The notes: generated by a model from the letters alone, not told the origin. Positions 10,189 through 22,830 are shown, numbered from the stretch's first letter. The stretch: DNA of 43,823 nucleotides from Octopus sinensis (GCF_006345805.1 NW_021835007.1:1-43823); one strand, 5' to 3'. A program made the numbers and translations.

Positions 10189-12420
10189 ATGTTTTTGGAA
10201 ACTAAAAGGAAAACTAAATCAGTATACCAAATCGCTTGTCCCATGGTTAATCTGGAAGCGCGTCCCCCAGGGAAGAGCCAGCCTGGGATCGAAAAGTCAT
10301 CAACTGGCACAAACTCTTCTCCGAATACGGACATGGATGGTCACTTGAACGGGAAATCCCCCAACTCGAGTCCTCCAAGTTCACCACCACAACCACCACA
10401 GAAATAAAAATGTAAGCGGATCAAATGGACCCGAGAAGAGTATAAAGAAGTAATATACGCTTATTACTATGCATTAGGTAGGCCATCTCAAGAGAGGCAC
10501 ACCGCAAACTCTTACAGTATATGGAGAACACGGAATCAAGACAGTAGGCCCTATATGGACGAGAACAAATTAGCAAATGTGAGGAGGGATATCCTTAGAA
10601 ATAACAGACTCACAGACAGTGAAATAAGCGCGATCAAGCACGCAACGGAAAATGACATAAATATAAGACACAAAGGAAATGAAGAATCAGATGAACAGTA
10701 TAGCCCGCCACGAGGCTTAATTGAAAGACTGCCATCTGACCAAAGTACGCAAAGGCCTGAAGATACAAGAAATTCTATTGTACCTGTTAAAGATAGCCAG
10801 GAAAATGATAAAACAACAGTAACTGAAGATCTCGCATTTGCTGAAGAACGCAGAGAGTCTATGGCAGAAATGAGGCAGAAAATCCTGAATACGCTTGAAG
10901 TTGTAAGACATACAAGTATGAATGATAGAGAACCACTTCATAAACTCTCAAATACAAACCAAAATAAAAAACAAATCCAAATTGGCAACTATGTAACAAA
11001 TGAAATACTACAAGAATTAAAACCTGATTGTACTGAGTTAAATGAAATTATTTACGCTTCTGCTAGGGCAATTGAAACCAGCTGTATGCCCCCGAAAAAA
11101 CAAAGAAAACCAAACCTGGGAAGAAATCAAACCTGGAGAAGTAAAATTGAAAAAGAGATTGAATTTATGAGAGGGGAAATATCAATATTAAATGAACTAA
11201 TATGTGGAAATGATGTAAGATCCAGAACAGGAAGAAAGATGAAGAGAAAATTTGGATCCTCACCAAGAGAAGAACTGATATCAATAAAAGAAACGCTGAA
11301 ACAAAAAGTCCAAGCAAAAGCCTAAAGAATACGAAGATTTGAGAAGAGAAACAAGTTTTACAAGCAAAATAAGCTGTTCACATCCAATGCCAAAAAATTC
11401 TACAGAGAAATAGGGAAGGAGAAAGTAACTATTAAAGACCCTCCTCCCATGGAAGAAGTCCAAAACTTTTGGAAAAGGATTTGGAGTGACAAGAAGACGT
11501 ACAACATAAATGCAGACTGGATTATACAAACTGAAGGATCCTACCAAAATTTACAACAACAAGCATGGGAAGACATCACAATAGCAGACCTAAGAAAGGC
11601 ACTAACGAAGGCCCATAATTGGAAATCCCCCGGTAAAGATAGGGTGCCGAATTTCTGGCTCGCATCGCTTCCATGCGCACACGGTAAGCTAGTTCAGCTG
11701 CTCAATGGAATTATGAGAGACTCAAAGAAAACACCTGAATGGTTAGCAAGTGGCATTACTTACCTACTCTCAAAGAATAACGAAACCAACCTTCCAAAAA
11801 ACTATCGGCCTATAACCTGTCTATTCACCACGTATAAAATCCTAACATCTATCCTGGCGGAGAAAACATATGCATTCATGGAGAAGAACGATATTTTCCC
11901 CATTGAACAAAAAGGGTGCCGCCGAGGCTCATACGGATGCAAAGATCAACTGCTAATTAATCGTATGATCCTTGAGAACTGTCACAACAAGCGCAGAAAT
12001 CTCAGCTCCGCATGGATTGACTATAAAAATTCGACAGTATACCGCATCCATGGATCTTGAGATCGCTGGATATCTTCAAAATTTCCCCTGTGATTTCAAA
12101 CTTCCTGAAGCACAATATGTCGTTGTGGAATACGAATCTCCAATTATACCACTCTAATGGAGTACTTGCCTCAGAAAATATAAACATCAACTGTGGAATT
12201 TTTCAAGGTGACTCACTTTCACCTTTAATATTCTGCATAGCCCTAATACCCCTTACAAGTGAATTAAACAGAACAGAGTATGGGTATAAAATTGCCAATA
12301 AAAAAATAAGCCATCTATTTTATATGGATGACTTAAAACTCTATTGTAAAGACAATAATGAACTTGAAGGCCTATTGCGCACTGTGAAAGCATTCAGCGA
12401 TGACATCGGGATGGAGTTTC
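10189..12420 (+). pseudogene. R4/Dong-clade non-LTR retrotransposon ORF (N-terminal region plus reverse transcriptase), disrupted and 3'-truncated
   Basis: ORFs 10189, 10555 and 11449 share one frame, broken by TAA at 10405 and 11323, with a frameshift near 12025. Motifs: RIKWTREE, YRPITCL, EQKGCRRGSYGCKDQLLIN, AWIDYK-FDS, GIFQGDSLSPLIF, HLFYMDDLKLY. It ends abruptly at a SINE. Confidence 0.85.
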
Positions 12421-12640
12421 TACTAAATGCACAGGGCCTGAAGTTTGGTGGGAGGGGACTAGGCAATCATATTGACCCCAGTGTTTCGCTGGTACTTAAT
12501 TTATCGACACGAAAAGATAAAAAAGCAAAGTTGACCTCGGTGGAATTTGAACTCAGAACATGAAGGCGGACGAAATGCTGCTAAGCATTTTCCCCGGCAG
12601 GCAAACGATTCTCCCAGCTCGCTGCCTAGATAATAGTAAT

Positions 12641-12684
<44 letters not shown>

Positions 12685-12903
12685 ATAATCCTTTCTACTG
12701 GATACACAAGGCTTCAAATTTGGGGTAAGTGATTAAGTCGATTACATCGATTCCTGTGCGTAACTGGTACTTAATTTATCGACCCCGAAAGGATGAAAGG
12801 CAAAGTCGACCTCAGCGGAATTTGAACTCAGAACGTAACGGCAGACGAAATACCACTAAGCATTTCGCCCGGCGTGCTAACGATTCTGCCTGCGCGTCGC
12901 CTC
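12421..12903 (-). mobile_element. Two SINE family N copies (12421-12627 and 12688-12903) around a (TAG)n tract
   Basis: Family N core and head on the minus strand. Confidence 0.8.
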
Positions 12904-13479
12904 AATAATAATAATAATAATGATGATGATGATGATGATGATGATAATGATTTCCTTTATTTGCTACCAGAGGAAGTATTGACATGAGCGAGAGACAAGC
13001 TGGAGCAAAACACACTGTGCCAATATGGGCCGCAGGCTCAGTAATATGGGAGTGTCATGGTCTCAAACGCAAAAAATAAGATCGCCAAAATGTTCTATGC
13101 CATTCCCTGCATGTCCGATTTTATATCAGAGTGAGCTTCTCTTAGAAACATGCTTTAACAAAAGCTGAGCAGCGCCTCACTCCTAGTGGTCTTTCAGCAC
13201 GCCCGGCCACTAATCTGGAATTTCTGAGTGTCCGTGCATAGCTGTTGAACTGACACAGGGTTCATCCGTCCGTTTGACCAGTCCTGTTTTTAGTCCTGTT
13301 GGGTTTCTATTAACCCTTTGGAGGAGGTGTCGGTGTAGTCGCTGATGATCCGACCATACATACATACCCTGTCGTTGATGTCGAAATTCCAAGGAAGGAG
13401 CCTTGTTAGAAACCGGCTCTTACTCTATTGGCAAGAAGCCTTGAAATACAACAGAACAATAATATACGTACATATAAAC

Positions 13480-14042
13480 ATTCATGCATGCATACATACA
13501 CTCGTGCATACATACGTGCATACATACATACATACAAACATTCAGGCATGCATACATACCTGCATGCATACATACACATACACGCATACATACATATTCA
13601 TTCATACATACATAAAAAATCATGCATGCATACATACATACATACATACAAACATACATACATACATACATACATACATACATACATACATACATTCAAA
13701 CATACATACATACATACATACATACATACATACATACATACATACATACATACATTCAAACATACATACATACATACATACATACATTCAAACATACATA
13801 CATACATACATACATACATACATTCAAACATACATACATACATTCAAACATACATACATACATACATACATTCAAACATACATACATACATACATACATA
13901 CATTCAAACATACATACATACATACATACATACATACATACATACATACATACATTCAACATACATACATACATACATACATACATACATACATACATAC
14001 ATACATACATACATACATACATACATACATACATACATACAT
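13480..14042 (+). repeat. (TACA)n tetranucleotide array with recurrent TTCAAA variant units
   Basis: Direct inspection. Confidence 0.95.
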
Positions 14043-14904
14043 TCGCAATACACTCCCAGATGTGGGAATATTATTCTATCGCACGGTTTCGTTGAATTTT
14101 GCAGAGAATCGGTAAGTGTTCAGAAGCGAAGAATTTTCTGGCTCTGCAAACGAAAGCTGGCTTTTGAGACACAGTTTTTGCTGTTCTGAATTATCAAGAA
14201 AGATTATCAGAGAATCCGGGGCCTTTTATAACGGTTTTGATAGATACAAGATTATTTCCATATATGGGGCAATTGTGTTGTTCTTTTGTTTTACATTGAT
14301 GAAAGCGGCTCGATTGTTATTCGCCATCACACCACAAGATATTGTTTCTGAGTACCCGTCCGTTTAGATTAGTGTAGGTGAGTTTTTGGGAAGCTTACTC
14401 AAATATAGAAAGATGTTCGTTGAAGAAAATGCAATCTTTACATTTTTGATTTCAATCGTATGTTTGAAATTAGAAGAAATTATTATAATTCAAAATCAAA
14501 CACCAGAAAGATACTGCTCCCGGATACAGTTTCCCGGACGTGAGTTATAAATGAAGCTTTAAAAATTTATTGCGATAAGATCAGAACCTCGCCATATGAT
14601 CCGAAGGATGTATACCAGCTAAACAGCAATGTTTATCTGATAAGATAAACTGATGATGACATGATAGTGTGTTGTATGTCAGATACAGAGGGACCTGAGC
14701 CTTTCAATCTTGGCTGTTTGCCCACCACATTTCCATATCGTTAATTGAAACCAAGCATACTACTGTCTCTAACCATTCTGTGTGGTCATTCATAAAGCAA
14801 GAAATAATAACCATATTTTACTCATGCTACATCTTCACACTACATCTTAAAAGAAAGAAAGGATACATTGGACAAGGAAGTCTGAGATAAACTATATCTA
14901 AATA

Positions 14905-15295
14905 CTAGCAGTATCGCCCGGTATTGCTCGGGTTTGTTTCGACCCTTTACAATTGGAATTTTTGAAAAGTAAAAATTTTTGCATTATGTAGCTTTTTATT
15001 CTCTTTAAGGGAACATTTTTCTGGTTGAAATACACCGAAAAATGGCGACACAGCAGTCAAAAAATCGTAAAAAAATAGGGATTTTCATAGAAAAAAAAAG
15101 CACCTTTTTGATGTAAATAATTTTTGGTGTTAACATGGTCCAATTTTAATTTTATCTTCTACGGAATGAAGAGCAAACCTTCTATCATCCTGTCAATTTT
15201 GGTCAACTTGCGCCGGAGTGTCTCAGAGGAGATAGTGTTAGTTGAAGGCTACCAAACCTGCCACACACAGGTAACTTCAGCTTTATATATATAGA
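14905..15295 (-). mobile_element. Non-autonomous Helitron (family H1)
   Basis: Highly similar to 4363-4753, with TC...CTAG ends and an A|T target. Confidence 0.85.
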
Positions 15296-15510
15296 TAAGA
15301 TGTGGGTGGTCTAAGCGAAAACATCAATATCCGTAGCTGTATGTATTAAATAGTCATTGTTACATTGTGAAGGAAAACAAAATCTCGAGGCGCAGGTATA
15401 ACTGTGTGAATTTAGACTCTCGCCTTGCAACTGCGTGGTTTCGGGTTCAATAAAATTGAAGCGCTCTTCAGGCAACAGTCTTATACTATAGCTCCAAACT
15501 GACCAATGCC

Positions 15511-15909
15511 TTACTCTTTTACTTGTTTCAGTCATTTGACTGCGGCCATGCTGGAGCACCGCCTTTTTTAGTCGAGCAAATCGACCCCAGGACTTATTCT
15601 TTGTAAGCCTAGTACTTATTCTATCGGTCTCTTTTGCCGAACCGCTAAGTTACGTGGACGTAGACAAACCAGCATCGGTTGTCAAGCGATGTTTGGGGAA
15701 CAAACACAGACACACAAACATACACACACATACATATATATATATACATGTACACGACGGGCTTCCTTCAGTTTCCGTCTACCAAATCCACTCACAAGGC
15801 ATTGGTCGGCCCGAGGCTATAGTAGAAGACACTTGCCCAAGGTGCCACGCAGTGGGACTGAACTCGGAATCATGTGGTTGGTAAGCAAGCTACTTACCAC
15901 ACAGCCACT
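15511..15909 (-). mobile_element. SINE family B, full length
   Basis: Same as 4895-5304. Confidence 0.9.
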
Positions 15910-15919
15910 TCTAGTTTCG

Positions 15920-16334
15920 TATTTCTTTACTGCCCACAAGGGGTTACACACAGAGGGGACAAACAAGGACAGACAAACGGATTAAGTCGATTACATCGAC
16001 CCCAGTGCGTAACTGGTACTTATTTAATCGACCCCGAAAGGATGAAAGGCAAAGTCGACCTCGGCGGAATTTGAACTCAGAACGTAGCGGCAGAGGAAAT
16101 ACCTATTTCTTTACTACCCACAAGGAGCTAAACACAGAGAGGACAAACAAGGACAGACAAACGGATTAAGTCGATTACATCGACCCCAGTGCGTAACTGG
16201 TACTTATTTAATCGACCCCGAAATGATGAAAGGCAAAGTCGACCTCGGCGGAATTTGAACTCAGAACGTAGCGGCAGACGAAATACCACAAAGCATTTCG
16301 CCCGGCGTGCTAACGTTTCTGCCAGCTCGCCGCC
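15920..16334 (-). mobile_element. SINE family N dimer (one head, two bodies)
   Basis: The body unit of about 180 bp is repeated twice in tandem. Confidence 0.85.
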
Positions 16335-16336
16335 TT

Positions 16337-16548
16337 ATTTGTTTCTAGTGATCAAATGTATGCGGTGTGCATTAGCTCAATCACTCCATCAAATTGACAT
16401 TGCCAGAATAGATGCATGATGTACCACCCGCCAGGTGTCGAAGTGATTGCAGAGTAGCGTGTGATGAAGTGTTTTGCTCCGGCATGGAAACTGAAACCAC
16501 AATATCTCGATTGTGAGTGCAACAGTCTAACCACTAAACCCTGCTCCC
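16337..16548 (-). mobile_element. Old tRNA-derived SINE, related to 17261-17510
   Basis: tRNA-like head on the minus strand, agcaaaacacttcatc core and tttgatcact tail shared with 17261-17510. Confidence 0.5.
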
Positions 16549-16578
16549 GTATACATACATACATATATAGATATAGAT

Positions 16579-16628
<50 letters not shown>

Positions 16629-16663
16629 TCATACATACATACATACATACATACATACATGCA

Positions 16664-16697
<34 letters not shown>

Positions 16698-16847
16698 CAT
16701 ACATGCCACGGATTCCCGTACAACTTTCGCCGACCGAAGGGCCCTACTAGGTGTTGGTCGGAGTTCTGCTATATAGACACTCAGTTGTCATGACCAAAGA
16801 AAGGACAATTACCTTGATCTCCGTTATTCAATTCACCTACTATATCT

Positions 16848-17183
16848 GTGAAGGCGCATGGCTCAGTGGTTAGAGCGTCGAGCTTACGATCGTGAGGTTG
16901 TGAGTTCGAATCCCGGACCGGGCTGCATGCTGTGTTCTTGAGCAAGACACTTTATTTCACGTTGCTCCAGTTCACTCATCTGTAGAATTGAGTTGCGACG
17001 TCACAGGTGCCAAGCTGTATCAGCTTTTGTCTTTCCCTTGGATAACACTGGTGGCACGGAGAGGAGAGGCCAGTATGCATGGGCGACTGCTGGTCTTCCA
17101 TAAACAACCTTGCCCGGACTTGTGCCTTGGAGGGTAACTTTCTAGGTGCAATCCCATAGTCTGTGTCGTGACCGAAGGGGTCT
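16848..17183 (+). mobile_element. SINE family O2, full length
   Basis: Head ggctcagtggttagagcgtcgagcttacgatcgtgaggttgtgagttcgaatccc, CORE-like ttgagcaagacac, and the same tail as 2818-3120. Confidence 0.9.
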
Positions 17184-17260
17184 CAGATCTGTAGAATCCC
17201 ATTTATGTCGCACCACTATGTCGAGATCAGCTGAATATTATAGTGTCGACATCCACAGTT

Positions 17261-17510
17261 GTGAAGGAATGCGGCCTAGTGGTTAAGGTGTTGCGTTTAC
17301 GATCAAGAGATTTTGGTTTCCAATCTCGAACCAGATGATGCGTTTGCTCTTGAGCAAAACACTTCATCTCGCGTTGCCCTCTGATCGTTTCGTCATCTGG
17401 TGTCTGACACTTGGCACACCGTGTACCTGTACAGAAGATGTTGTGGTGGAAGAAGGGAGCTAAAGTACATCACAAACATTTGATCACTATAAGAAAATAA
17501 TTTGTGAAAG
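17261..17510 (+). mobile_element. Old tRNA-derived SINE (diverged O2-like head)
   Basis: Head ggcctagtggttaagg, core ttgagcaaaacacttcatc. Confidence 0.5.
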
Positions 17511-17864
17511 TGTTCAGCAAAAAGTTGCGGAAGCCTAATTTGTAGTTTGCGACAGGCGAGTACACCACATCCACCGTTAATCCCAGGCCATAAATACTTT
17601 CCTTGGAGCTAACCTCTGTACAAGATAGCAGAGATAACCTACCAAAAACTGAATGTGGGGAGAATTACTGAGATCTTGGTCGTGATCCGAACAATGATGG
17701 CGTTTTCCTTGACCTGTGTTTCAGTTATGGTTGCTGTTAGGGCGGAGTGTTCAATTTAGGTAAAGTGTGTTTCTCCAATGCTGACCCTACTTTCAAGAAT
17801 CTTTGTCAGTGGCCAGTTTCCCCATAAATATAAACACATGTATGTGTGTGTGTGTACAGTAAAA

Positions 17865-18230
17865 GCGGTGAGCTGGCAGTATCGTAGGAACCTCCAACAA
17901 GATACTTAGCGGCATTTCTTCCGGCTCTTGACCTTTTTGAGTTCAAATCTCGCCGAGGTCAACTTTGCCTTTCATCCTTTCGGGGTCGATAAATTAAGTA
18001 CCATTTGCGTACTGGGGTCGATCTGATCGACTTGTCCCCTCCCCAAAAATTTCAGGTCTTGTGCCTAGTGTAGAAAAAAAAAGATACCCAGCGGCATTTC
18101 CTCCGGCACTTTACCGTTTGAGTTCAAATCCCGCCGTGGTTAACTTTGTCGTCCATCTCTCCGGGATCAATAAAATAAAGTATCAGCCAAATACTGGAGT
18201 CGATGTAAACGACTTGCCTATTTGCCTCAG
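17865..18230 (+). mobile_element. Diverged SINE family N copies
   Basis: Family N head and core, followed by a partial second body. Confidence 0.7.
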
Positions 18231-18424
18231 AGAGTGCTGGCGTTGAACCATGCAATGGACGTCCTTTTACAGAGATTGTTGTAATCTCGATCAATTCTAC
18301 GTCATGAAAGCCAAATAAAACCAGTTTTATGAGTCATAGGGCATTAAATGTGTGATAGGAGATAGATATTTCGGCCATTGCGTCTTCCACATTGAAACGA
18401 TTTCTATAAAGCAATACATAGTCT

Positions 18425-18739
18425 GTGGAGGCGCAATGGCCCAGTGGTTAGGGCAGCGGACTCGCGGTCGGAGGATCGCGGTTTCGATTTCCAGACCGGG
18501 CATTGTGTGTGTTTATTGAGCGAAAACACCTAAAGTTCCACGAGGCTCAGGCAGGGGGTGGTGGCGACCCGTGTTGTACTCTTTCGCCCCAACTTTCTCG
18601 CATTCATTCTTCCTGTTTCTTGAGTAATGCTGCGATGGACTGGCATTCCGTCCAGCTGTAGGGAATACATACGCCATAGAAACCGGGAAACTGGGCCCAC
18701 GAGCCTGGCTAGGCTTGAAAAGGGCGCATAAATAAAAAA
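18425..18739 (+). mobile_element. SINE with family O1 head but a different body and tail, 12-bp TSD
   Basis: The first 130 bp or so match 495-625, then it diverges into tgcgatggactggcattccgtccag...gaaaccggg. The TSD is aatacatagtct (18413-18424) / aatacatattct (18740-18751). Confidence 0.8.
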
Positions 18740-19122
18740 AATACATATTCTGGTCAAAGTTCCTTGTGCTTTGCACATAGGCTCATGTAACAGGTGCTAA
18801 GCTTATGAGATAAACTTATGATAAAGTATGATTAGTTTTGGATGAGAGTCACACACTTGGTTATGTCATCACAGTTCTTTTCTGCAACTTAGTACTTCGT
18901 AGTCTGACCTGAAGCATATGCTGAGCTGTTCTACGAAACTTTTACTTCAGTCATATATATTCTGATCTTTGGGGTTTCCTATCATCAAAATGTGGAGCAC
19001 TGCAAATCCGTGTTTCTTACTGTAAGGGCTTAGTTGGTCAAGGTTGACCATGCATAAGTAAAAACTCTTTTTTAAAGAAAACCAGTAATAGCCTTTGCAT
19101 GCAAGTCCTTTATTTCCACGTC

Positions 19123-19420
19123 TGAGCGAAAACACCTAAAGCTCCACGAGGCTCCGGCAGGTGATGGTGGTGATCCCTGCTGTACTCTTTCACCACAACT
19201 TTCTCTCACTCTTACTTCCTGTTTCTGTTGTACCTGTATTTCAAGGGGCCGGCCTTGTCACTCACTGTGTCACGCTGAATATCCCCGAGAACTACGTTAA
19301 GGGTACACGTGTCTGTGGAGTGCTCAGCCACTTACACGTTAATTTCACGAGCAGGCTGTTCCGTTGATTCGGATCAACCGGAACCCTCGTCGTCGTAACC
19401 GACAGAGTGCTTCCAATCCA
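19123..19420 (+). mobile_element. 5'-truncated SINE family O1, 10-bp TSD
   Basis: atttccacgt lies at 19112-19121 and 19421-19430. Confidence 0.85.
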
Positions 19421-19540
19421 ATTTCCACGTAACTGATATGAATCCAGATGAAAGATCGTTTATTTGGACCAATACAGTTTGTCACCAATGTCGTCGTAGA
19501 TCTCAGTGAGCCGGAAGAGGCATCGAAAGGCGTCGTGCCC

Positions 19541-19719
19541 TAGAAGCATAGCTAGGGGATGGGGGTAGGTGAGAGGGTGATCCGCGCCGAATGACTCTTT
19601 TATGAAGATGGTACTTTTGGATTTGCTATATAAGCTTGCATAGGCAGTGAGACTCGGGGGTTGCGGAGATGCAGACTTAAGGGCTGCCCCAGGCGGTACA
19701 GACTCTAGTTACGTCACTA
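19541..19719. mobile_element. Possible degenerate MITE
   Basis: Imperfect terminal inverted repeats tagaagcatagctagggg / ctctagttacgtcacta. Confidence 0.3.
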
Positions 19720-19779
19720 TCTTGACCCACAGTCTAACAGGTCCGTTAGACACAGCCCGTTAGGAGAGGTAACTGCGCC

Positions 19780-21054
19780 TATATATTTATATGTTTCAAA
19801 TTTTGGTACAAGGTGACCAATTTCGGTGTAAACGTTGCTCTGTAAACAGAATTTTAAAATGACTCCGAAAGTATGAAAGCCAAAGTCGACCCCGACGGCA
19901 CTTGAATTCAAAAGTCGGAAGAAATGCGGCTAAGTATTTTGTCCGGTACTGTAACGATTCTGTCAGGTTACCGCCTATTCCTCGCCGTATTTATGTTGGT
20001 TTCAAATTTTGGCACAAGGCCAGCAATTTCGGTGGAGTGGATCAGTCAGTTACATCGATCCCAGAGCTCAACAGTTATTTTATCGACTTCGAAAGGATGA
20101 GAGGCAAAGTCGACCTCGGTGGAATTTGATCTCAGAACGTAAAGACGAATGCAATGCTACTAAGCATTCGACCGTCTTTACGAACTGAGCTCAAAATTCC
20201 CCCAAACGATTCTGTCAGCTTGCGCTTTTTAATCTCTGGCCAGTACTCAAAATTTTATTAACCCTGAACGGAAGAAAGGCAAAGTCGACCTTGGCGGAAT
20301 TTGAATTCAGAACGTAGTGACGGGCGAAATACCTATTTCTTTACTACCCACAAGGGGCTAAACACAGAGGACAAAGAAGGACAGAAAAACGGATTAAGTC
20401 GATTATATCGGCTCCAGTGCGTAACTGGTACTTAATTTATCGACCCCGAAAGGATGAAAGGCAAAGTCGACCTCGGCGGAATTTGAACTCAGAACGTAAC
20501 GGCAGACGAAATACCTATTTCTTTATTACCCACAAGGGGCTAAACACAGAGGGGACAAACAAGGACAGACAAACGGATTAAGTCGATTATATCGACCCCA
20601 GTGCGTAACTGGTACTTAATTTATCGACCCCGAAAGGATGAGAGGCAAAGTCGACCTCGGCGGAATTTGAACTCAGAAGGTAACGGCAGACGAAATGCCG
20701 CTAAGCATTTTACCAGGCGTGCTAACGAGTGTCAGCTCACCGTATTTTCATCGCTGTATTTATATTAAAACCTTTTCCCATTGATTAGCAGTTTATTTCA
20801 GTTGTAATTTACCCCAGCTATCTTTGCAAAAGAGAAATAAATAAATAAATTTTAAAAAAGCTCAAACAACGAAAGATAGAGAGAAAGGACAACGATAGAA
20901 CTATAATTATTTCTTTATTACCCACAAGGGGCTAAACACAGAGGGGACAAACAAGGACAGATATCGACCCCAGTGCGTAACTGGTACTTGTTTAATCGAC
21001 CCCGAAAGGATGAAAGGCAAAGTCGACCTCGGCGGAATTTGAACTCATAACGTA
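19780..21054 (-). mobile_element. Cluster of SINE family N copies and multimers
   Basis: At least six family N cores. The block at 20270-20742 has one head and tandem bodies. Confidence 0.8.
20747..20907 (-). repeat. Inverted duplicate of unique sequence 1312-1470
   Basis: The reverse complement matches 1312-1470 apart from a few substitutions and one short indel region. Confidence 0.9.
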
Positions 21055-22622
21055 AGAACTATAATACTTATTACCATTATTACCCATTAACAGAATTCTA
21101 AGAATGGCAAAGTCGACCTCGGCGGAATTTGAACTCATAACGTAAGAACTATAATACTTATTACCATTATTACCCATTAACAGAATTCTAAGAATGGCAA
21201 AGTCGACCTCGGCGGAATTTGAACTCATAACGTAAGAACTATAATACTTATTACCATTATTACCCATTAACAGAATTCTAAGAATGGCAAAGTCGACCTC
21301 GGCGGAATTGAACTCATAACGTAAGAACTATAATACTTATTACCATTATTACCCATTAACAGAATTCTAAGAATGGCAAAGTCGACCTCGGCGGAATTTG
21401 AACTCATAACGTAAGAACTATAATACTTATTACCATTATTACCCATTAACAGAATTCTAAGAATGGCAAAGTCGACCTCGGCGGAATTTGAACTCATAAC
21501 GTAAGAACTATAATACTTATTACCATTATTACCCATTAACAGAATTCTAAGAAAGGCAAAGTCGACCTTGGCGGAATTTGAACTCATAACGTAAGAACTA
21601 TAATACTTATTACCATTATTACCCATTAACAGAATTCTAAGAATGGCAAAGTCGACCTTGGCGGAATTTGAACTCATAACGTAAGAACTATAATACTTAT
21701 TACCCATTAACAGAATTCTAAGAATGGCAAAGTCGACCTTGGCGGAATTTGAACTCATAACGTAAGAACTATAATACTTATTACCCATTAACAGAATTCT
21801 AAGAATGGCAAAGTCGACCTTGGCGGAATTTGAACTCATAACGTAAGAACTATAATACTTATTACCATTATTACCCATTAACAGAATTCTAAGAATGGCA
21901 AAGTCGACCTTGGCGGAATTTGAACTCATAACGTAAGAACTATAATACTTATTACCCATTAACAGAATTCTAAGAATGGCAAAGTCGACCTTGGCGGAAT
22001 TTGAACTCATAACGTAAGAACTATAATACTTATTACCCATTAACAGAATTTAAGAATGGCAAAGTCGACCTTGGCGGAATTTGAACTCATAACGTAAGAA
22101 CTATAATACTTATTACCATTATTACCCATTAACAGAATTCTAAGAATGGCAAAGTCGACCTTGGCGGAATTTGAACTCATAACGTAAGAACTATAATACT
22201 TATTACCCATTAACAGAATTCTAAGAATGGCAAAGTCGACCTTGGCGGAATTTGAACTCATAACGTAAGAACTATAATACTATTACCCATTAACAGAATT
22301 CTAAGAATGGCAAAGTCGACCTTGGCGGAATTTGAACTCATAACGTAAGAACTATAATACTTATTACCCATTAACAGAATTCTAAGAATGGCAAAGTCGA
22401 CCTTGGCGGAATTTGAACTCATAACGTAAGAACTATAATACTTATTACCCATTAACAGAATTCTAAGAAAGGCAAAGTCGACCTCGGCGGAATTTGAACT
22501 CATAACGTAAGAACTATAATACTTATTACCCATTAACAGAATTCTAAGAAAGGCAAAGTCGACCTTGGCGGAATTTGAACTCATAACGTAAGAACTATAA
22601 TACTTATTACCCATTAACAGAA
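21016..22622. repeat. Minisatellite of 19 units (about 90 or 81 bp), each a SINE-N fragment plus unique flank
   Basis: Unit ggcaaagtcgacctYggcggaatttgaactcataacgta-agaactataatacttat(taccattat)tacccattaacagaattctaagaat. agaactataat was counted 19 times from 21055 to 22591. Confidence 0.95.
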
Positions 22623-22807
22623 CTCTATACCTTCATGGTTACCAGAAAAAAACCACAAACGGAAACCCTGTTCTCTATGACCACAATTAACAGCCATCGT
22701 AACATGGAGGAATTTTTACGATGCTCTCTCTCTCGGAGTTAAATCACAATTTTCGAATGGGTCTCACTATTTTTAACCGAAGTTGTTTTCCACCAAATTA
22801 ATCTTAC

Positions 22808-22830
22808 TCCCTACATAACAACGACGCCAT
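22808..22830 (-). CDS. Candidate first coding exon MASLLCR(D/E), phase 2
   Basis: Minus strand reads gaaaATGGCG, giving ATG GCG TCG TTG TTA TGT AGG GA followed by a GTAAGA donor, in a unique, relatively CpG-rich island. Confidence 0.25.

Noticed and set aside
14631-14690. CTGATGA followed by a 6-bp stem (TGACAT/ATGTCA) and preceded by a hairpin
   Set aside because: It has GATAC instead of GAAA, no valid NUH triplet and no stem III.
21016-22622. CRISPR-like appearance of the regular array, and its long ORFs (20992-22614)
   Set aside because: The spacers are copies of each other, there are no cas genes, and the context is eukaryotic. The ORFs arise only because unit lengths are multiples of three.
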